Below, in pieces: positions 59,818 through 64,000 of a stretch of 64,000 nt of DNA (the first letter of the stretch is position 1; each line of letters begins with the position of its first letter). This DNA comes from Macrostomum lignano (lineage: Eukaryota). The translations under genes and the position numbers were made by a program. A model generated the notes under the pieces. That model saw only the letters and a program-made list of their open reading frames with translations. It was not told the DNA's origin and searched no databases. Where the stretch lies: positions 124,001-188,000 of the forward strand of contig NIVC01000126.1 of NCBI GenBank assembly GCA_002269645.1, in the 5' to 3' direction.

Positions 59818-62133
59818 ATGAAAAGCATCGTTGGTTCCGCTTGTCTGCTTCATCATGTACGCGGCAACACGGGGAAGCGCCGTTTCGGATTCATCAGGTC
59901 AAAACAACGCCATCAGTTAACCCTGAATCGGCGCCAACTATTGCCTCATCTGTGCGACTCTGTGTCGCAGCAGCTGTGCTCAGGACATGTCGTCAATGCT
60001 GCTATGGTGGCATCAACAACGGCAGGTCAGTCGCTGTCGAGTCAGCTGACCTACCACAGTTTGCAGGAGTTCACCAGCAGCTGGGACGAGCGAGCACCTC
60101 TGTCGCCAGTCAGGCATTTCGGCTTCCCCGTTGCTGCCTGCCGAGTGGATCTGGCCAATCAGGAGAGTCGGATGTTGAGCTACTCAACTCAGCGAGTGTT
60201 TGTGGATGACAATCTAGCAGAGTTGGCTACATCATCGGATGAGCTAACGGAAAAGGACATTGTGTCCGCGATAAGCTACAGCGTCTGTTGCTACTGTAGA
60301 GCAGAAGCGACAATCCTGGCTGCTAAGCGGGCGGTGCCGATGGTTCTGTCGACGAAGAGCGCGGCCAAGACTGACCTGGATTCGCCCAGTCGAAGGCCTC
60401 AACTGTTGCTGCATCATCAAGCTCAAAAGCGCGCCTGTGGCAAGGCCAGCAGTAGGAAACCGGCCCGACTTCAGCAGCAGCGACCACTGCATCGGCGTCG
60501 GTTGAATCAGTCGGTGCAACAGCAGCAGCTGGAGGAGACAACAGCTACTGAGACTTGGGATTTGCGTGAGTCAGCTGGGGGAAGACCCTTCATTTGAATG
60601 GGCTATGATATGTACAATGGAAACTGCATGGCAAGCACTTAGGGGTGCCAAAGCTTCTGCAGTAAGGATCGGTACATGACATACATATCCAAGGATGTCG
60701 CAATCGATTTTATGGTGCGGGACGAAGCCGAGAATTTTACGAGCGCATTACACGACTAAATTTCTACATATTATTTTTGGGAATCGGTGGTGTTTGCCCT
60801 CATTTTGGCACCGCAGGCACTCGTTTTGGCGCCACTGGCACTCGATCATTTTAGCGCCGCAGGCACTGGATCATTTTGGCGCCACTGGCACTTTTTTCAA
60901 CGCCGCAGGCACTCGATCGTTTTGGCGCCACAGGCACTCGATCGTTTTGGCGTCACAGGCACTCGATCGTTTTGGCGTCACAGGCACTCGATCGTTTTGG
61001 CACCGCAGGCACTCGATCGTTTTGGCACCGCAGGCACTCGATCGTTTTGGCGTCACAGGCACTGGATCAGTTTGGCGCCACAGGCACTCGATCGTTTTGG
61101 CGCCGCAGGCACTCGATCATTTTAACGCCGCAGGCACTCGATCATTTTAGCGCCGCAGGTACTGGATCATTTTGGCGCCACTGGCACTTACATGTATTTC
61201 AACGCCGCAGGCACTAGATCAGTTTGGCGCCACAGGCACTGGATCATTTTGGCGCCACAGACACTCGATTTTAACGCCGCCGGCACTGGATCGTTTTGGC
61301 GCCCGCGGAAGCAAAATTATTGATTTCCATAACAGGCCTCAAGGTGGGGCGGGGGATCAAGCGCATGGCAATTGTCGTTTATGCCTGCCTAAGCCATAGG
61401 GTTTTTAATTTTAAGGTGCACCATCACTTGCTCCGCTCCTTATGGCTACGCCCCTAAAGGACAACTTGGTTCTATCGTTGGTAACTCATTACTCCCATAT
61501 CCGCCCCATCCCTAAGCAGCCTCATCAACAGACGCCTCCCTAGCCTGGCAGTTGCTGCTTGACCAACAGGCGAACTCGAACCAGCAAGCAGCAATCATTG
61601 ATCAGTCTCCGGATCTCTCCAACAGCACAATGGAAACTCAATCCAACTGCAAGGACACGGCAGCCTCAATGGACTCGGCATTTTTCACCTGCAGCGGAGT
61701 TGCCCCTCTGTCTCCTTTGACACTTGAGGATCAGCCAGGTGACGATTTGATTGAAATTCGACAAATCCAACAGAGCTGCCTGACTCAACTCGACCGGATT
61801 CGATCGATTCTAACAACCTCGGAGCTGGCCAACCTGACTGTTGCTAGGATTCGAACTTGCGACCAACTGCTAGGCCAAATTGACTCCAGCCTGCGACAGA
61901 GCCTGCCGGATATAAGCGAGGCCGATTGCGACACTTCAAATCCGTCCATGGCCACTCTGACTTGCGTCGATCTGGCGGCAGCCGACAATTTGAGCGCCGC
62001 CACAAGCAGAAAGCGGCAGCAGCAGCAGCAGCAGCAAAAACAGCAGCAGGGTCACCGGCGCCAGAGAAGCCACCTATTCAAGCTGATGGGCCTGACAAGA
62101 CGCCGAAGACTAGAGGTGGACTCGACCGACTGA
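59818..62133 (+). CDS. Putative two-exon gene of unknown function (59818-60565 + 61520-62133)
   Basis: Two long GC-rich ORFs. The donor GTGAGT at 60566 (phase 1) is phase-compatible with the acceptor CTAAGCAG ending at 61519. The intervening sequence holds a minisatellite, as other introns here do. Q-rich tracts; no family recognised. Confidence 0.45.
60800..61305 (+). repeat. 25-bp minisatellite (ACTCGATCGTTTTGGCGTCACAGGC)
   Basis: Direct reading. Confidence 0.9.
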
Positions 62134-62974
62134 CAGCATAGCAACAGCATTGTTTAATAATAATTTTTCTCATGCCTATACTCCGACTCGTTGGGTCATC
62201 TGTTGCTTGAATTATTATTTTTAAGAATCAACGGGTTTGAGTTTATAACAAACAATTTGTAGTCTAATACGTGAGTATAACTTTTTCCTGTGCACCCGTC
62301 TCAAAGAAACCAAATAAACTGAATTTGCATTTAAAATAATAATTAATTTTGTTTATTTATTATAGGAGTTTTACAATTGAACAAAGATATTATATTTGGC
62401 TGAATATAAACACGATATCAGCAGATTGGTTATTAATAATTACTATAGAAAAAATTAAAACTGTTTAAGCTATTGAATCTACTAGAAGTAGTATACCTAT
62501 TTCTTAATTAATGGATAATAAGTCTGTAGTTTTTGCTTTTTCTTAATTTCAGCCAATTTTATATACTACTTGTGTCTACAATGCAACTCAGTAGCACTAA
62601 TTGAATTAAACACAAAAATATACAAATCCACAATCACAAGTTTTTTAATGAAATTAAGACAGAAAAATTACAAAACAAGACACAAAGTTGAATAAGAAAG
62701 ACTACTGTAAGTACTGGTAACGTTATAAATTTACAAAATCAGGTGTCTTTCTGTTAGTTTTACATCAGATAAAGCAGCTTCTATCTAGGATAAACATGAA
62801 TATCCAAGGCGTAAGTGAAAACTGAGCGGACAGGATACGATTTAAAAATAAAGAATTACATACTTAAAAAGTGAATTAAGTGAGTAATATATGAAAGGCT
62901 TTTAACAGGCTATAAACAGAATTTGCGATCTTCCAGATCCTCGTGGCCCTGAATTACTGGACTTCAGTGATAAG

Positions 62975-64000
62975 TGGGTCACAGCGATCTATTAATAACC
63001 CTACAGTGGGTCACAGCGATCTATTAGTAACCCTACAGTGGGTCACAGCGATCTATTAATAACCCTACAGTGGGTCACAGCGATCTATTAGTAACCCTAC
63101 AGTGGGTCACAGCGATCTATTAATAACCCTACAGTGGGTCACAGCGATCTATTAATAACCCTACAGTGGGTCACAGCGATCTATTAGTAACCCTACAGTG
63201 GGTCACAGCGATCTATTAGTAACCCTACAGTGGGTCACAGCGATCTATTAATAACCCTACAGTGGGTCACAGCGATCTATTAGTAACCCTACAGTGGGTC
63301 ACAGCGATCTATTAATAACCCTACAGTGGGTCATAGCAATCTTTTAATGATCATACAGAGGGTCATAGGAATCTTTCAATGATCCTACAGTGGGTCATAG
63401 CAATCTTTCAATGATCCTACAGTGGGTCATAGCAATCTTTCAATGACCCTACAGTGGGTCATAGCAATCTTTCAATGATCCTACAGTGGGTCATAGCAAT
63501 CTTTCAATGATCCTACAGTGGGTCATAGCAATCTTTCAATGATCCTACAGTGGGTCATAGCAATCTTTCAATGATCCTACAGTGGGTCATAGCAATCTTT
63601 CAATGATCCTACAGTGGGTCATAGCAATCTTTCAATGATCCTACAGTGGGTCATAGCAATCTTTCAATGACCCTACAGTGGGTCATAGCAATCTTTCAAT
63701 GATCCTACAGTGGGTCATTGCAATCTTTCAATGACCCTACAGTGGGTCATAGCAATCTTTCAATGATCCTACAGTGGGTCATAGCAATCTTTCAATGATC
63801 CTACAGTGGGTCACAGCAATCTTTCAATGATCCTACAGTGGGTCATAGCAATCTTTTAATGATCCTACAGTGGGTCATAGCAATCTTTCAATGATCCTAC
63901 AGTGGGTCATAGCAATCTTTCAATGACCCTACAGTGGGTCATAGCAATCTTTCAATGATCCTACAGTGGGTCATAGCAATCTTTCAATGACCCTACAGTG
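62975..64000 (+). repeat. 32-bp minisatellite with two variant domains, running off the window end
   Basis: CCCTACAGTGGGTCACAGCGATCTATTA(A/G)TAA switches at ~63330 to TCCTACAGTGGGTCATAGCAATCTTTCAATGA. Confidence 0.95.

Overview
Eukaryotic, repeat-rich animal DNA with GT-AG introns and minisatellite-filled spacers. The style resembles a free-living flatworm such as Macrostomum, but that assignment is inference. The first third is a transposon cluster. Its main element is a 14.4-kb foldback (1599-16028) with ~3.4-kb near-identical inverted arms and a 6-bp direct repeat (TACATG) at both ends. Nested in its spacer is a 6.4-kb CACTG/EnSpm (CMC) DNA transposon (5516-11881, 2-bp TSD) that encodes a zinc-finger DDE transposase with a +1 frameshift near the C-terminus and a second ORF beginning with a CIDE-N-like domain. 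Next come a ~1-kb inverted-repeat element, a 5'-truncated RTE-type LINE with an open ORF and 10-bp TSD, and a 405-bp hAT-type MITE. From 24.6 kb to 62.1 kb lie ten host genes, all on the + strand: RAB3GAP1 (8 exons), TRAPPC3, an SPPL2-like protease, ZDHHC6, a COX7B-like gene, an EPSTI1-like gene, CHMP1A, a frameshifted RAMAC/FAM103A1-like gene, METTL5 and an orphan. Many introns (all seven in RAB3GAP1) and most spacers carry their own tandem repeat. A tRNA-headed CORE-type SINE follows TRAPPC3. Most short ORFs in the supplied track are spurious translations of repeats. All protein identifications rest on recalled motif similarity; no database search was run.
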